From NCBI GenBank assembly GCA_044356215.1, contig JBIKWQ010000004.1, positions 16,205 to 80,204 of the forward strand: a stretch of DNA of 64,000 bases, in the 5' to 3' direction. The notes beneath the pieces were generated by a model. That model did not search any database, was not told where the DNA came from, and was given only the letters and a program-made list of their open reading frames with translations. The stretch comes from Bdellovibrionota bacterium. Its GTDB lineage: Bacteria; Bdellovibrionota_C; UBA2361; OMII01. A program made the position numbers and the translations under genes. Positions 49,590 through 59,544 of the stretch are shown here, piece after piece (positions within the stretch are counted from its first letter, which is position 1; each line of letters begins with the position of its first letter).

Positions 49590-50829
49590 TCCGTCGGATT
49601 CAAAGACCTCTCATCCGATTAAGTTGCCGGTAGCGGCGATTATTTTCCTCACTGTAGTCAATTTACTCAATTATTTCGATCGCTATATCGTTCAGTCAGT
49701 AGAGCCAACGATCACTCGCGAATTCGGCTTGACGAATACAGAGGCGGGATACGTCGTATCAGCATTTGTTCTCGGTTACTTTATCTTCTCCCCAATATTT
49801 GGCTTTTTAGGGGATAGATTTGATCGTCGCTGGGTTATGGCGTTAGGGCTATTTGCCTGGAGTCTCTCGACAGCTCTGACATCTTTCGCCACCGGTATTT
49901 TAAGCTTTGTCATCGCGCGGGTGTTGGTGGGGGTAGGAGAGGCATGCTACGGAGCGATAGTGCCGGTTTACCTGCAAGGAAGAATTCCTAACACTTTGGC
50001 TCTTAACAAGGCGCTGTCGGTATTCTATGTCGCTATTCCGGTTGGCTCAGCGCTAGGTTATGTCGCGGGAGGTCAGATCGCCGCTCAATATGGATGGCGA
50101 AACCTGTTTCTGCTAGCCGCGATTCCCGGGGTGATTTTGTCATTTGGTTTTCTAGCGTTAAAGGCTGAAGGGCTGGCTGGGGAAAAGAGATCTCGCGAAA
50201 AAGGAGTAGGTGCTTGGTCCGGGCTTAGACAGATATTGACCAATCCTTTTCTGGTCCTTGTGATCTTAGGATATATTTTAAATACCTTCGCCCTCAATGG
50301 AGTCGCCGCGTTTGTAGTACGACATGGCACTGATTTAGGTTTGAGCGAGGCGGCCTCGTCCTCTTATTTCGGAGCGATCCTTGTATTAGCTGGACTGTTA
50401 GGGACGATGGGAGGAGGGTTTTTAGCGTCGCGTCTAGCCGCCGGAAGCGCTGACGCAATCCGCCCATTGACGCGGTTTCTGGCGTTTTCAACGCTATTAG
50501 CCGTTCCTTTTCTTGCCTTCTGCTTTATCTCAAAATCCGTTGAGGGGTTTTTAATCGGGTGCTTCTTAGCGGAGCTTCTTATCTTCGCCGGTGTGGCTCC
50601 GTTAAATTCAGTTATCGTGGAGAGAGCTCCTACTGGACTGGAATCATTCACTCAGGGTGTTACTATCTTCTCCATTCAGCTATTCGGTGGATTTCTCGGC
50701 CCAGTGGTTATCGGCGCGATAGCTGACGCGACAGGCTCCCTCCCACTAGCGATGCAGGGTACCACCGCGGCTCTTCTCGCTTCCGGATTGCTGTGGCTTG
50801 TAGCGGAGAAAAGAGCTCTCTCGAAATAA
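49576..50829 (+). CDS. MFS transporter, spinster-like
   Basis: VNLLNYFDRY, FGFLGDRFDRR, RVLVGVGEA, FYVAIPVGSALGY. Confidence 0.88.
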   Translation: MQIVDPSDSKTSHPIKLPVAAIIFLTVVNLLNYFDRYIVQSVEPTITREFGLTNTEAGYVVSAFVLGYFIFSPIFGFLGDRFDRRWVMALGLFAWSLSTALTSFATGILSFVIARVLVGVGEACYGAIVPVYLQGRIPNTLALNKALSVFYVAIPVGSALGYVAGGQIAAQYGWRNLFLLAAIPGVILSFGFLALKAEGLAGEKRSREKGVGAWSGLRQILTNPFLVLVILGYILNTFALNGVAAFVVRHGTDLGLSEAASSSYFGAILVLAGLLGTMGGGFLASRLAAGSADAIRPLTRFLAFSTLLAVPFLAFCFISKSVEGFLIGCFLAELLIFAGVAPLNSVIVERAPTGLESFTQGVTIFSIQLFGGFLGPVVIGAIADATGSLPLAMQGTTAALLASGLLWLVAEKRALSK

Positions 50830-50841
50830 GCCAGGCGAAAC

Positions 50842-52047
50842 CTACCCAAAATTAACGGCCCCGAGATGTAGTGGTGGCTCCATCTCAACTCCGAAAAGGC
50901 CCGAAGAGTATTTTCTCGATAGCTCCTCTGATCTCTTCGCAAAACCTCCCGAGCTCATTATAAAGGCGAGCGCTTGATTAATTCGAGGAAGCGCCTCAGG
51001 CCAATCAGGACGAATGGCGAACGAGTTGTCGCAGATATCGATCATCGTCGCGCGGTCATCAAATAGCGGTAACAGCTCTCCAGCATGCTCTCGAGATTGA
51101 TACGAAGTAACCATTGAGTTGCAGATGAAGATATGGGCTGGACGCGGAACTCCTTTTAGGAGAATGCGGTCAATCCCCTCATCGATTGTGTCGCAGATTA
51201 TCAGGGCGCTGTCAGCCCTGTTAAGCCTGGTATTCGCGATTAGATGGGCACGACTATTTTTGATAACAGCGATCCGATATTGCGGGTCTCTTAGATCTTC
51301 AAAGTTGGTCGGAACAGCTAGTTGAGCGAGTCCTGCCGTTTCCCTTTGCCTCATCAAAGCTGATATTCCGATCCGATTCACAGGTAGAGAGAAGAGAATG
51401 TTCGATGGAGCATGCGGGATCGACACCATCGGCCCAAAAAGATCTATCTCCCCCAGCCTCAATTTCTCGACATGGCGGCTAAATGCTATTGGAACCGCTT
51501 GGATCTGACACCTTAGCGAATTCTCGAGATACGCGATCAGATCCGGAACGAGGCCACGAGTTTGATTTATACTGCCATCTGGATTCATTTCAAATAGCCA
51601 CGGCTGGGTCAGATTTAGCCCCAAACGGAGAGGTCTGCCATCAAGGAGATCCTCTAAGGCGCGAGGCTTAAATTGCTCCCGTACTACACTCTTTATGGCA
51701 TCCATAAATCCGTCCATATCGAGTTTGATACTCAGGAAGCTCTGCGATGAATTTTGATTCGCCTGTATCGAAGCTGGAGTCTCAAACGGCCACGGCTCCT
51801 CTAACCGCGCGGCCCTAAAAAGAGCAGATGGATCCTTCATCCCAAAGTTTAGGGCTAATAGGATTAATACGGGCTTACTCGGTATCCGGCCGTAACGTCC
51901 AACGTGAGCTAGATATGAGCGAGACACTCCGCAACGGGCGCTTAGATCTTCTATTCCTAGACGATTCCTTGAGCACCAGTTAGATAATTCTTGGGAGAAT
52001 AATCTTCTAAGTTCAGTGGATGTTTCGAAGTCTACCTTTTTGGCCAT
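50842..52047 (-). CDS. XRE-type HTH fused to a type 2 solute-binding-protein-like domain
   Basis: EDLSARCGVSRSYLAHVGRYGRIPS HTH; C-terminal LRLG..PW, GLVPDL, LRLGEIDL, FSLP, RIAV resemble the family 3 SBP fold. Confidence 0.7.
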   Translation of the reverse strand: MAKKVDFETSTELRRLFSQELSNWCSRNRLGIEDLSARCGVSRSYLAHVGRYGRIPSKPVLILLALNFGMKDPSALFRAARLEEPWPFETPASIQANQNSSQSFLSIKLDMDGFMDAIKSVVREQFKPRALEDLLDGRPLRLGLNLTQPWLFEMNPDGSINQTRGLVPDLIAYLENSLRCQIQAVPIAFSRHVEKLRLGEIDLFGPMVSIPHAPSNILFSLPVNRIGISALMRQRETAGLAQLAVPTNFEDLRDPQYRIAVIKNSRAHLIANTRLNRADSALIICDTIDEGIDRILLKGVPRPAHIFICNSMVTSYQSREHAGELLPLFDDRATMIDICDNSFAIRPDWPEALPRINQALAFIMSSGGFAKRSEELSRKYSSGLFGVEMEPPLHLGAVNFG

Positions 52048-52683
52048 GATCTTTACCTTAACGCCAAGCGAAAATCACCTGAGTATCTTTTTATAGTCAC
52101 GCCGGAATCCCGAATGGCTACACAGGTGCTCCTGTCTTGTACAGACTAGTGTCGATCAGACACGCTGTGTAACAAAGAAGATTATGCAGTCACGTTTCAG
52201 ATGTTTTTTCCGCTTCAGGGAGTAACTCAGGCGCTTCTACGGCATACAAAAATAGCGTTAGTTAATGAAGCGTTTGCCCTTAGTATGGAATCTGAACAGT
52301 GGAGGGTAGAGGGGACTCTCCTTAGGGTTGTTTCGGAGCGGTAGGTAGGTTTTGCATGTCTAAAAATCAGGCAGCTAACCCCTTGTAATGGTTGAGCTGT
52401 TTTGGTTCTAAGACCGAGAGGCAACTACTTCGGTGGGTTCTCGATAAGGTTTTGGAGGTGATTCAGTATGCGGCTAATAGTAATGACAAGTATCTTTTTA
52501 GCTGGAGTCTACTGCGGTTTTTCAGCGGATTCCGATGGGGAAGTAGCTCACGTGATCGGGCAGTTAGAAACGCTCGCTCAAGGTGATACTGAGTGGGAAG
52601 AGTAGCCTAAGCATCTACACATTACCACTAAGTAGAGCTTCTACACTAGGGGTGCGCCGTTGGGATATTTCCTGCCGCTCCTT

Positions 52684-54759
52684 TTAAAAGGGAGCGTATC
52701 TGCTGCCGAATTTACCGTGCAGCTTATCTAGCTCAGCGCGAACATCATCTAGTCCGCGCTTGTCGGCGTAATAGAGCACTCCGCCTCTGAAAGGAGGGAA
52801 TCCGATTCCCATCACAGTTCCTAGATCGATCTGCTTAGCGGCTATCTCACGATCATTACCAGCAACCCCCTCATTTAGGCACTTCATCGCTTCGTTTACG
52901 AGGTGGAGCACCAAACGATCGGTCAGCCGCTCCTCCGATAAAGTTTCTGCTGGTTTCTCTGGAAGCTTTAGCGCTTGCGCGAGTCCTGACCACGGCACTG
53001 GCTTCTTGCCAGAATAGTCGTAGAACCCCAAAGCATTTTTGCGACCTTTTCTGCCGGCATTCATAAGTTGCTCGGCGAAATCTGGGACAGACATCCTCTC
53101 GCCGTAGCCAGCCACCATTATTTTAGACACATGAGCAGCGACATCTAAGCCTACCTCGTCCAGTAAGCGGATCGGACCCATAGGCATCCCGAATTTCAGA
53201 GCGGCTTGATCGATCTGTTCTATTGTATATCCCTCAGTTAGAAGGAAGATCGCTTCGTTTAGGTAGGGGATTAAGATCCTATTTACGAGGAAGCCAGGGA
53301 CGTCGTTCACAACGATCGGAAATTTGCCCATCTCTGTCGCCAATGCAGCCACCTTAGCGATCGTCGCGTCGGATGTGTTGGCGCCGCGGATAATCTCCAC
53401 AAGCGGCATCTTCTCAACAGGATTAAAGAAATGCATACCAACAAACCTTTCTGGATGCGGTACTGCGGAAGCCATCTCAGTTACTGAAAGTGATGACGTG
53501 TTTGTCGCTAGCACGCAGTCCGCGGCGACCTGCTGGCTAAGCTCTGAGAATATGCGTTTCTTTAAGTTAATATCCTCAAAGACAGCTTCGATGATCACTT
53601 TTGATCTGGCTACAGTTGGACTTGAAAACTGCAACCAATCGATCCTCCCACTCATAGCTTGACGCTCGTATGAGGAGAGGTGTCGGAGTTTCGCGAGCTC
53701 CTTGGCTATATGCGATTTGCCTCGTTCTAGAGAGGCATCTGACGTATCTTTAAGTATAACCTGATGGTTATTCCTAGCTAGTGTCCCAGCTATACCGGCG
53801 CCCATTGTTCCGGCTCCGACTACTAACGCGTGTATACCTTCGATCTCTTTGCGGGCCGATTTGCCGATCGCTTTAGCGGCTTCAGTTAAATAGAAAATGT
53901 GAACCAGAGATTTGCTTTCAGGGGTAACTATTAGTTCCCCTAATTTATGAGCCTCTACCTCTAATCCGGGTTTGCGCGAGCGACCTAGGCCCTCTACAGT
54001 CACGTCGAGAGCTTTTAGTGGAGCGGGATAAAATCCTTTGGTTTGCGCGAGCGCGGCTTTGCGAGCTCCACGGCGCACTAAGGCGCGACCTAGAGGATTT
54101 CCAGAGAGAAAACGATCCATCAGCGCGTGTTTACGTTTGGGGGCTTCTTTTAGTCCTAGCGCTAGATCCTGAGCTAGCTGGTAGAGGTTCTCGCTTGAGG
54201 TAACTTGATCTACCAATCCAGCCTTTAGGGCCTGCTTAGCGCGGAGTGTTTTGCCGGCTAGGATTACGTCAAGCGCCTTCGGTAAGCCGACCACCCTAGG
54301 CAGTCGATAGGTTCCTCCGAATCCCGGCAGTATTCCAAGCTTGGTCTCAGGGAGTCCTATCGATGTGCCTGGCAAGTCGGCGGCGATTCGGTAATCACAG
54401 GCAAGAACTAATTCACATCCTCCGCCTACACATGGACCTCCGATAGCCGCGACTGTTGTGCACGGCAGATCCTCTAGCAGGTTATAGGCATCCTGCCCCT
54501 GGGTGGCCAACGCGGCGCCCTTTTCCGGCTCGGTAACGCTTTGAATGAGCGATATATCAGCTCCCACGCAGAAGGACTCGGGATTCGGGGACCTAACTAT
54601 GAGGCCCTTTGGTTTGGCGGCTCTTACTTTTTCAAGTGCCTCCACGAACGAGTTGATGCGCTCAGGGGTTAGGGTAATAGCTCGCTCATCAGCGGAGCCC
54701 AGTGAGAGGGTTGCCAGAGAGCCGTCAGGAGAAAATGATAAAGAAACAGTTCCAGTCAT
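52684..54759 (-). CDS. Fatty acid oxidation complex alpha subunit (enoyl-CoA hydratase/3-hydroxyacyl-CoA dehydrogenase, FadB/FadJ-like)
   Basis: FCVGADI, GGGCELVLAC, LPETKLGILPG, VGAGTMGAGIA, TNTSSL, GMHFFNPV, PMGP. Confidence 0.93.
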   Translation of the reverse strand: MTGTVSLSFSPDGSLATLSLGSADERAITLTPERINSFVEALEKVRAAKPKGLIVRSPNPESFCVGADISLIQSVTEPEKGAALATQGQDAYNLLEDLPCTTVAAIGGPCVGGGCELVLACDYRIAADLPGTSIGLPETKLGILPGFGGTYRLPRVVGLPKALDVILAGKTLRAKQALKAGLVDQVTSSENLYQLAQDLALGLKEAPKRKHALMDRFLSGNPLGRALVRRGARKAALAQTKGFYPAPLKALDVTVEGLGRSRKPGLEVEAHKLGELIVTPESKSLVHIFYLTEAAKAIGKSARKEIEGIHALVVGAGTMGAGIAGTLARNNHQVILKDTSDASLERGKSHIAKELAKLRHLSSYERQAMSGRIDWLQFSSPTVARSKVIIEAVFEDINLKKRIFSELSQQVAADCVLATNTSSLSVTEMASAVPHPERFVGMHFFNPVEKMPLVEIIRGANTSDATIAKVAALATEMGKFPIVVNDVPGFLVNRILIPYLNEAIFLLTEGYTIEQIDQAALKFGMPMGPIRLLDEVGLDVAAHVSKIMVAGYGERMSVPDFAEQLMNAGRKGRKNALGFYDYSGKKPVPWSGLAQALKLPEKPAETLSEERLTDRLVLHLVNEAMKCLNEGVAGNDREIAAKQIDLGTVMGIGFPPFRGGVLYYADKRGLDDVRAELDKLHGKFGSRYAPF

Positions 54760-54910
54760 ATTCTTAGGTGTAACAGTAATGAATGAGTCGCGATAGTAGT
54801 GTCGACCGAAGGAGGGGGAAACTTGAGGTGAATAGTTACCAACTAATTAGTTAAATGCTCCCATGATGGTGATGGAGTGAGATGAGGTCAGCGTCTTTCG
54901 TGTCGCCGTG

Positions 54911-55477
54911 CTAACTAGAACAATCCGAATCCTTCTGGCGTTTTATCTTGTCGACTAGGAGTTCACCTCCGGAGCGCCGACCTTCGGACTCCACGCAGGT
55001 TCCGGCCATCAGGTCAGCTTTTGAGGTCAGCCCGCGGAAAAATACGGTCGAGCTGGTAATTTTGAGTGTAGTTGAACCAATAACTAAGATTGGATCGTTG
55101 AATGAGGAGATCCTACCCTTTGTTTCAACTTCCATTCCATCTGGAACGCCGTCATCATCGGAGTCAGCCTTATCTTCATCGAGGTCCTGATTGTCATCGA
55201 CGCCATCATCATCAGTGTCGGCGTCACACTTCTTCGCGCCCAACGAGTCCTCTAGTATATCCGCGACCCCATCTCCATCCGAGTCGGTTCCTCTGGTTGA
55301 GCGTTTTAGCGCTCGTCTTTCGTCGTTAGAGAGCTTCTTCATCGATTGAGTGAGCAGCTTCTCTGACTTCTTAATATCAGATATCGCGCGTTTTGCTTTC
55401 TTCACATCGGCCGGAGCGGCGATAGCCGATGCGGTAGCAACACAGCAGACCAGGATGAGCAACAGATATTTAGACAT
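54911..55477 (-). CDS. Secreted protein with acidic DxDxDG repeats and a DUF5666-like C-terminal domain
   Basis: Signal peptide; DSDGDG, DTDDDG, DSDDDG; beta-rich C-terminal domain. Confidence 0.65.
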   Translation of the reverse strand: MSKYLLLILVCCVATASAIAAPADVKKAKRAISDIKKSEKLLTQSMKKLSNDERRALKRSTRGTDSDGDGVADILEDSLGAKKCDADTDDDGVDDNQDLDEDKADSDDDGVPDGMEVETKGRISSFNDPILVIGSTTLKITSSTVFFRGLTSKADLMAGTCVESEGRRSGGELLVDKIKRQKDSDCSS

Positions 55478-55643
55478 GGTGATAATCCCTGAAAAACCAA
55501 CTGGACCGAGTTGGCAAATTGAGGCTACTAAAAGGCGGAGACCTAACGTGAGCTAACAGTTTACATCTCATTAGAGATGCGTAGCAACACGAAATAGGTT
55601 CTCCACCCAAAGGAGCTCAAAAAATCTATTACTCGCGCGGGGT

Positions 55644-56111
55644 TTAGTTAAAAGCCCCCGCTATGCTAACAGTCTGGCTCGAGGACAGCACTTTTCTTGC
55701 AGCTGGCGCCTTCGTTGCGCTGTTAGCAGGGATGACATAGCTTCCAGTGATCGATAAAGTCGCTTGAGTCACACACCCGACGCTTAGATCGCCGCTAGTT
55801 GTTACTTGATATCCAGTCCCTTCGCCGTTTAGTGCTAAAGACTGAAGTCCAGCGATGTTAGCCATCTTGATGCTTGTCCTTGGCGAGGTCGTCTTGATGG
55901 CCACGTTAACAGCTTGAACGCGGTAACCCTTGGCTCTTAGGTCGGATACGATAAATTGCTTGAACAAATTTCGATAAGCGCTTAGGGATGGGACAGAGCA
56001 CTTGGCGAATGTTGATACCGTGCCTGAGGAGTCCGGTGAGGCGTTAGCGACGTTAGTATAGCCAATCACCATCGACAGGCCAAAAATAGCTAAAAAGATT
56101 CTGCTTTTCAT
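55644..56111 (-). CDS. Hypothetical secreted protein
   Basis: AAGGAG SD, N-terminal signal peptide (ANA|S). Confidence 0.7.
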   Translation of the reverse strand: MKSRIFLAIFGLSMVIGYTNVANASPDSSGTVSTFAKCSVPSLSAYRNLFKQFIVSDLRAKGYRVQAVNVAIKTTSPRTSIKMANIAGLQSLALNGEGTGYQVTTSGDLSVGCVTQATLSITGSYVIPANSATKAPAARKVLSSSQTVSIAGAFN

Positions 56112-56212
56112 CTGTAATCTCCTTAAAATAAAGGTGTCACTAACGTTATGGCGCCCTTTATAAAAAGTGTGACTTAAGCTCGAAAAAAATCGTCAGCATC
56201 ATATTTTGCTGG

Positions 56213-56608
56213 CTAAAAACGGACTATTAAGTCACCAGCCTTAACTTCTTGGCCTTTTTGTAAAAAGACCTCCCCGATAACCCCATCACGGGGAGATTTA
56301 ATGGGGTTCTCCATCTTCATCGCCTCAATGACTACGAGAATGTCGCCGGTTTTTACGGTAGAGCCCGCGGCGATCTTAACCTCAGATACGATTCCAGGAA
56401 TTGGAGCTCGAATCTCTGATACCGACTTGGAGCGTGAATCAGCTTGACTTGCGACCGCCTCTCTTTTTGAGTTGGTTGGGATATCCCTCGGGGACACCTC
56501 AATCTGATATTCTTTTCCACCTACACGAAAAGTTAAACAAGAGCCGATGCGGGATATCAACTCAACTTCAAATGTCTTGCCCAGCGCTGTGATTGAAAAT
56601 CTACTCAT
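56213..56608 (-). CDS. Biotin carboxyl carrier protein
   Basis: RAPIPG, EAMKMEN biotinylation motif. Confidence 0.92.
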   Translation of the reverse strand: MSRFSITALGKTFEVELISRIGSCLTFRVGGKEYQIEVSPRDIPTNSKREAVASQADSRSKSVSEIRAPIPGIVSEVKIAAGSTVKTGDILVVIEAMKMENPIKSPRDGVIGEVFLQKGQEVKAGDLIVRF

Positions 56609-56883
56609 CGTGGACTCCTATCAATTCCAGTTAACAGACCAGCCTGGCGCCATAGTGAAGGGATCTCTCCGGCGTTAAAACGACTCTGTATCTGTACTAT
56701 CGTGCCACTTGAGTCGACCGCTAGATCTCCTTTAGGTAGGATCAGCTCAAGAGCCGCGCCGATCGCCGCCACTATCTCAGGGGATAGGTCTGAGGTCGAG
56801 CTTCGAGGTGACGCAAGGATAAATCTAATCCCGTCGTGAGTAAGCGGCGGAGGCAGGGGCGGGCGAAGTTTTGATTCACTCAT
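56605..56883 (-). CDS. Small putative accessory subunit of an acyl-CoA carboxylase/decarboxylase
   Basis: EIVAAIGAAL and SLWRQAG motifs; between carboxyltransferase and BCCP, overlapping the BCCP start. Confidence 0.6.
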   Translation of the reverse strand: MSESKLRPPLPPPLTHDGIRFILASPRSSTSDLSPEIVAAIGAALELILPKGDLAVDSSGTIVQIQSRFNAGEIPSLWRQAGLLTGIDRSPR

Positions 56884-56900
56884 AGATCTCTATTAGGCTC

Positions 56901-58451
56901 TTAAAGCGGGATATTGCCATGTTTCTTCTTTGGGTTACTCTGACGCTTGTTGGCAAGGAGATTGAATCCCTCAATTACTCTCGAGCGGGTCGTGCTTGGC
57001 CGGATTATCGCGTCGATAAATCCTAGCTGTGCCGCTTCACGAGGATTAGCGAATTTCTCTCGATACTCACGCACAAGCCTTTCGCGCGTCTCTTTCTCGT
57101 TTCCTTTCTTAGCCGCTTCGTCGAGCTCTTTTCGGAATATTATATTTACAGCCCCATCGGAACCCATCACCGCGATCTCCGCTGATGGATAAGCGAAGTT
57201 TAAGTCGGCTCGAATATGTTTTGAGCTCATCACATCATAAGCGCCGCCGTAGGCTTTTCGAGTGATCACGGTCACTTTTGGTACAGTCGCTTCGGCATAA
57301 GCATAAAGTAACTTAGCTCCATGGCGGATAATACCGCCGTGCTCTTGCTGAACTCCGGGAAGAAATCCTGGTACGTCGACCAATGTCAGTAGGGGGATGT
57401 TGAAAGCGTCGCAAAATCTTACGAATCGGGCCGCCTTAATACTGGCGTTTATATCTAAACAGCCAGCTAGATGTGATGGTTGGTTAGCCACAACGCCTAT
57501 CGTCGCGCCATTTAAACGGATGTATCCAATTACGATATTGCGCGCGAATGCCTCCTGGATCTCGAAGAATTCATTTGAATCAGCGATCGATGTAATTAGC
57601 TCCTTAATGTCATAAGGTAGATTAGGTTGATCCGGTATCAGGCTATCTAGCGCGGGATCCTCGCGGGTCGCTGGATCTCCTGAGGGGTAGCGCGGCGCTG
57701 GATCGAGATTGTTTTGTGGCAAGAAGGAGAGTAGAGCGCGACAAAGTTCTAGAGCCTCCTCATCTGTGTTGGATTCGAGGTGCGCTACACCGCTGATCGA
57801 TCCGTGAGTGTCGGCGCCACCAAGCACTTCCTTAGTAACATCCTCTTTCGTCACGGTTTTGATTACATCGGGTCCAGTAATGAACATGTGGCTGGTGTCG
57901 CGGACCATCAAGACGAAGTCGGTTATAGCTGGAGAATAAACAGCGCCTCCAGCGCATGGCCCCATTACAAGAGATATCTGTGGCACGACACCAGATAAGA
58001 GAGTATTGCGCAAAAATATATCAGCGTATCCACCGAGGCTCTCAACGCCCTCCTGAATTCGCGCTCCACCGGAGTCGTTTAGACCTATGATCGGGCAACC
58101 GATCTTCTCGGCGAGATCCATTACCTTGCAGATCTTCTTCGCGTGCATAGCGGCGAGTGAGCCGCCAAAAACCGTGAAGTCTTGGGCGAATACGCAAACA
58201 GGGCGGCCATTGATAGCGCCGCTGCCGACAACAACGCCGTCACCTAAATAGCGCTTATCAGCTAGGCCAAAATTAGAGGAACGGTGGGTGACAAATTTAT
58301 CCAGCTCGCTGAATGAGCCGGGGTCAAGAAGCTTAGTTATTCTCTCGCGAGCCGTTAATTTGCCACTCTGGTGCTGCTTAGCGATCCGCTCTTCGCCGCC
58401 GCCAAGCTCAGCTTCACGATCTAGTTTTTCCAAGTCATCTCTGTCTTTCAT
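56901..58451 (-). CDS. Acyl-CoA carboxylase carboxyltransferase subunit (PccB/MmdA-like)
   Basis: [47 protein letters not shown]. Confidence 0.95.
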   Translation of the reverse strand: MKDRDDLEKLDREAELGGGEERIAKQHQSGKLTARERITKLLDPGSFSELDKFVTHRSSNFGLADKRYLGDGVVVGSGAINGRPVCVFAQDFTVFGGSLAAMHAKKICKVMDLAEKIGCPIIGLNDSGGARIQEGVESLGGYADIFLRNTLLSGVVPQISLVMGPCAGGAVYSPAITDFVLMVRDTSHMFITGPDVIKTVTKEDVTKEVLGGADTHGSISGVAHLESNTDEEALELCRALLSFLPQNNLDPAPRYPSGDPATREDPALDSLIPDQPNLPYDIKELITSIADSNEFFEIQEAFARNIVIGYIRLNGATIGVVANQPSHLAGCLDINASIKAARFVRFCDAFNIPLLTLVDVPGFLPGVQQEHGGIIRHGAKLLYAYAEATVPKVTVITRKAYGGAYDVMSSKHIRADLNFAYPSAEIAVMGSDGAVNIIFRKELDEAAKKGNEKETRERLVREYREKFANPREAAQLGFIDAIIRPSTTRSRVIEGFNLLANKRQSNPKKKHGNIPL

Positions 58452-58699
58452 AGCTACTCAAGATCCTAGCTTGAGGGAAAGCTTACGTAAACGGTTTAAG
58501 TGACAGGCTGAAATGTTTCTTGGTGACCAGGAGGAGACGCGATTTCTCCACAGGGAACAGTTTTGCCGCTCTTGCCTTGGTCGCTTTTCTCTTATTTACG
58601 AAAGATACGGCCAGGGGGTATCCTGTTGCAGTGATGTAACATCTCACCTTTCTCGCTACGGGCAGGCTTAGCCTCGCATTCCTAAAGGAAGTTTTACTT

Positions 58700-59527
58700 A
58701 TGAAATCTCGCAACATCTCAGCTATCCTTACCTCGCTAATTTTGTCTGTGTGTACTATTGGCTGCTCATCACATTTCGGCGATCCATCTCCATCGAATAA
58801 AGAAACAACCAAGGCTAGCTTTGAGCAGCGAGTGTTTGATCTGGTATCGGATTATTACTGCGAGCGTTTGTCCTGGCCGCAATCGTGGGCAGGTTTGGAG
58901 GCTTTTGAGAAGGGGCGTGGAAATGAATTAGGCTGGTTGGGAGAGGCCAGTGATGTGTCTCTCTCGTCACCCCGAGCGATATTGATGAGCTTTTCATTCA
59001 CGGATAAGGAAGGCACCCCAAAAAAAGCAACTTACATAGCTCCACCACGATGTGGAAAGCCCGCTGAAAAAGGAGTCGTGTCGATAGCGGCTGAGGGGGT
59101 TGTATTTAATTTACCTGAGGGATTCGAGTTGATGCCAGTAAAGGATATCAAGCAACGATGGCGCTCTGGACCTTATCCGGACGCGGCTTGGAACTCCTCT
59201 GACGGCCGCTTGATAGCGGTGCGCTTCGGAGATGTTGAGATCAAACAAGAGGAGCTAGACCAGTTTTCAGAAGATATGGCTCAAGCATACCAGTCATCAA
59301 TTCCATCTCTAATTTGGACAGCGAAGGGGACCAGGAGGGTTGCTGATAAGCAAGTGCTCTATCACGAGTTTCAAAATACAGCATCAACGGGTCCGATGTT
59401 AAATGCCGTTCTCTCTGGAGTTTTCTCGGGGAGACTTTTTGCGATAACGGTGTCAGGGCCAACAGATCTCGGCGATGACGTGCTTAAGGCAACGCGGGAG
59501 ATCGAGAGCACTTTAAGGATTCGGTAA
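58700..59527 (+). CDS. Hypothetical lipoprotein
   Basis: Signal peptide ending TIGC; 275-aa ORF upstream of the mutase. Confidence 0.65.
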   Translation: MKSRNISAILTSLILSVCTIGCSSHFGDPSPSNKETTKASFEQRVFDLVSDYYCERLSWPQSWAGLEAFEKGRGNELGWLGEASDVSLSSPRAILMSFSFTDKEGTPKKATYIAPPRCGKPAEKGVVSIAAEGVVFNLPEGFELMPVKDIKQRWRSGPYPDAAWNSSDGRLIAVRFGDVEIKQEELDQFSEDMAQAYQSSIPSLIWTAKGTRRVADKQVLYHEFQNTASTGPMLNAVLSGVFSGRLFAITVSGPTDLGDDVLKATREIESTLRIR

Positions 59528-59544
59528 CTCATAAAGGGATTCTT

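Noticed and set aside
52227..52586. Short ORFs (64-65 aa) in the intergenic region before the XRE-fusion gene
   Set aside because: Weak starts, mutual overlap and no recognisable motif
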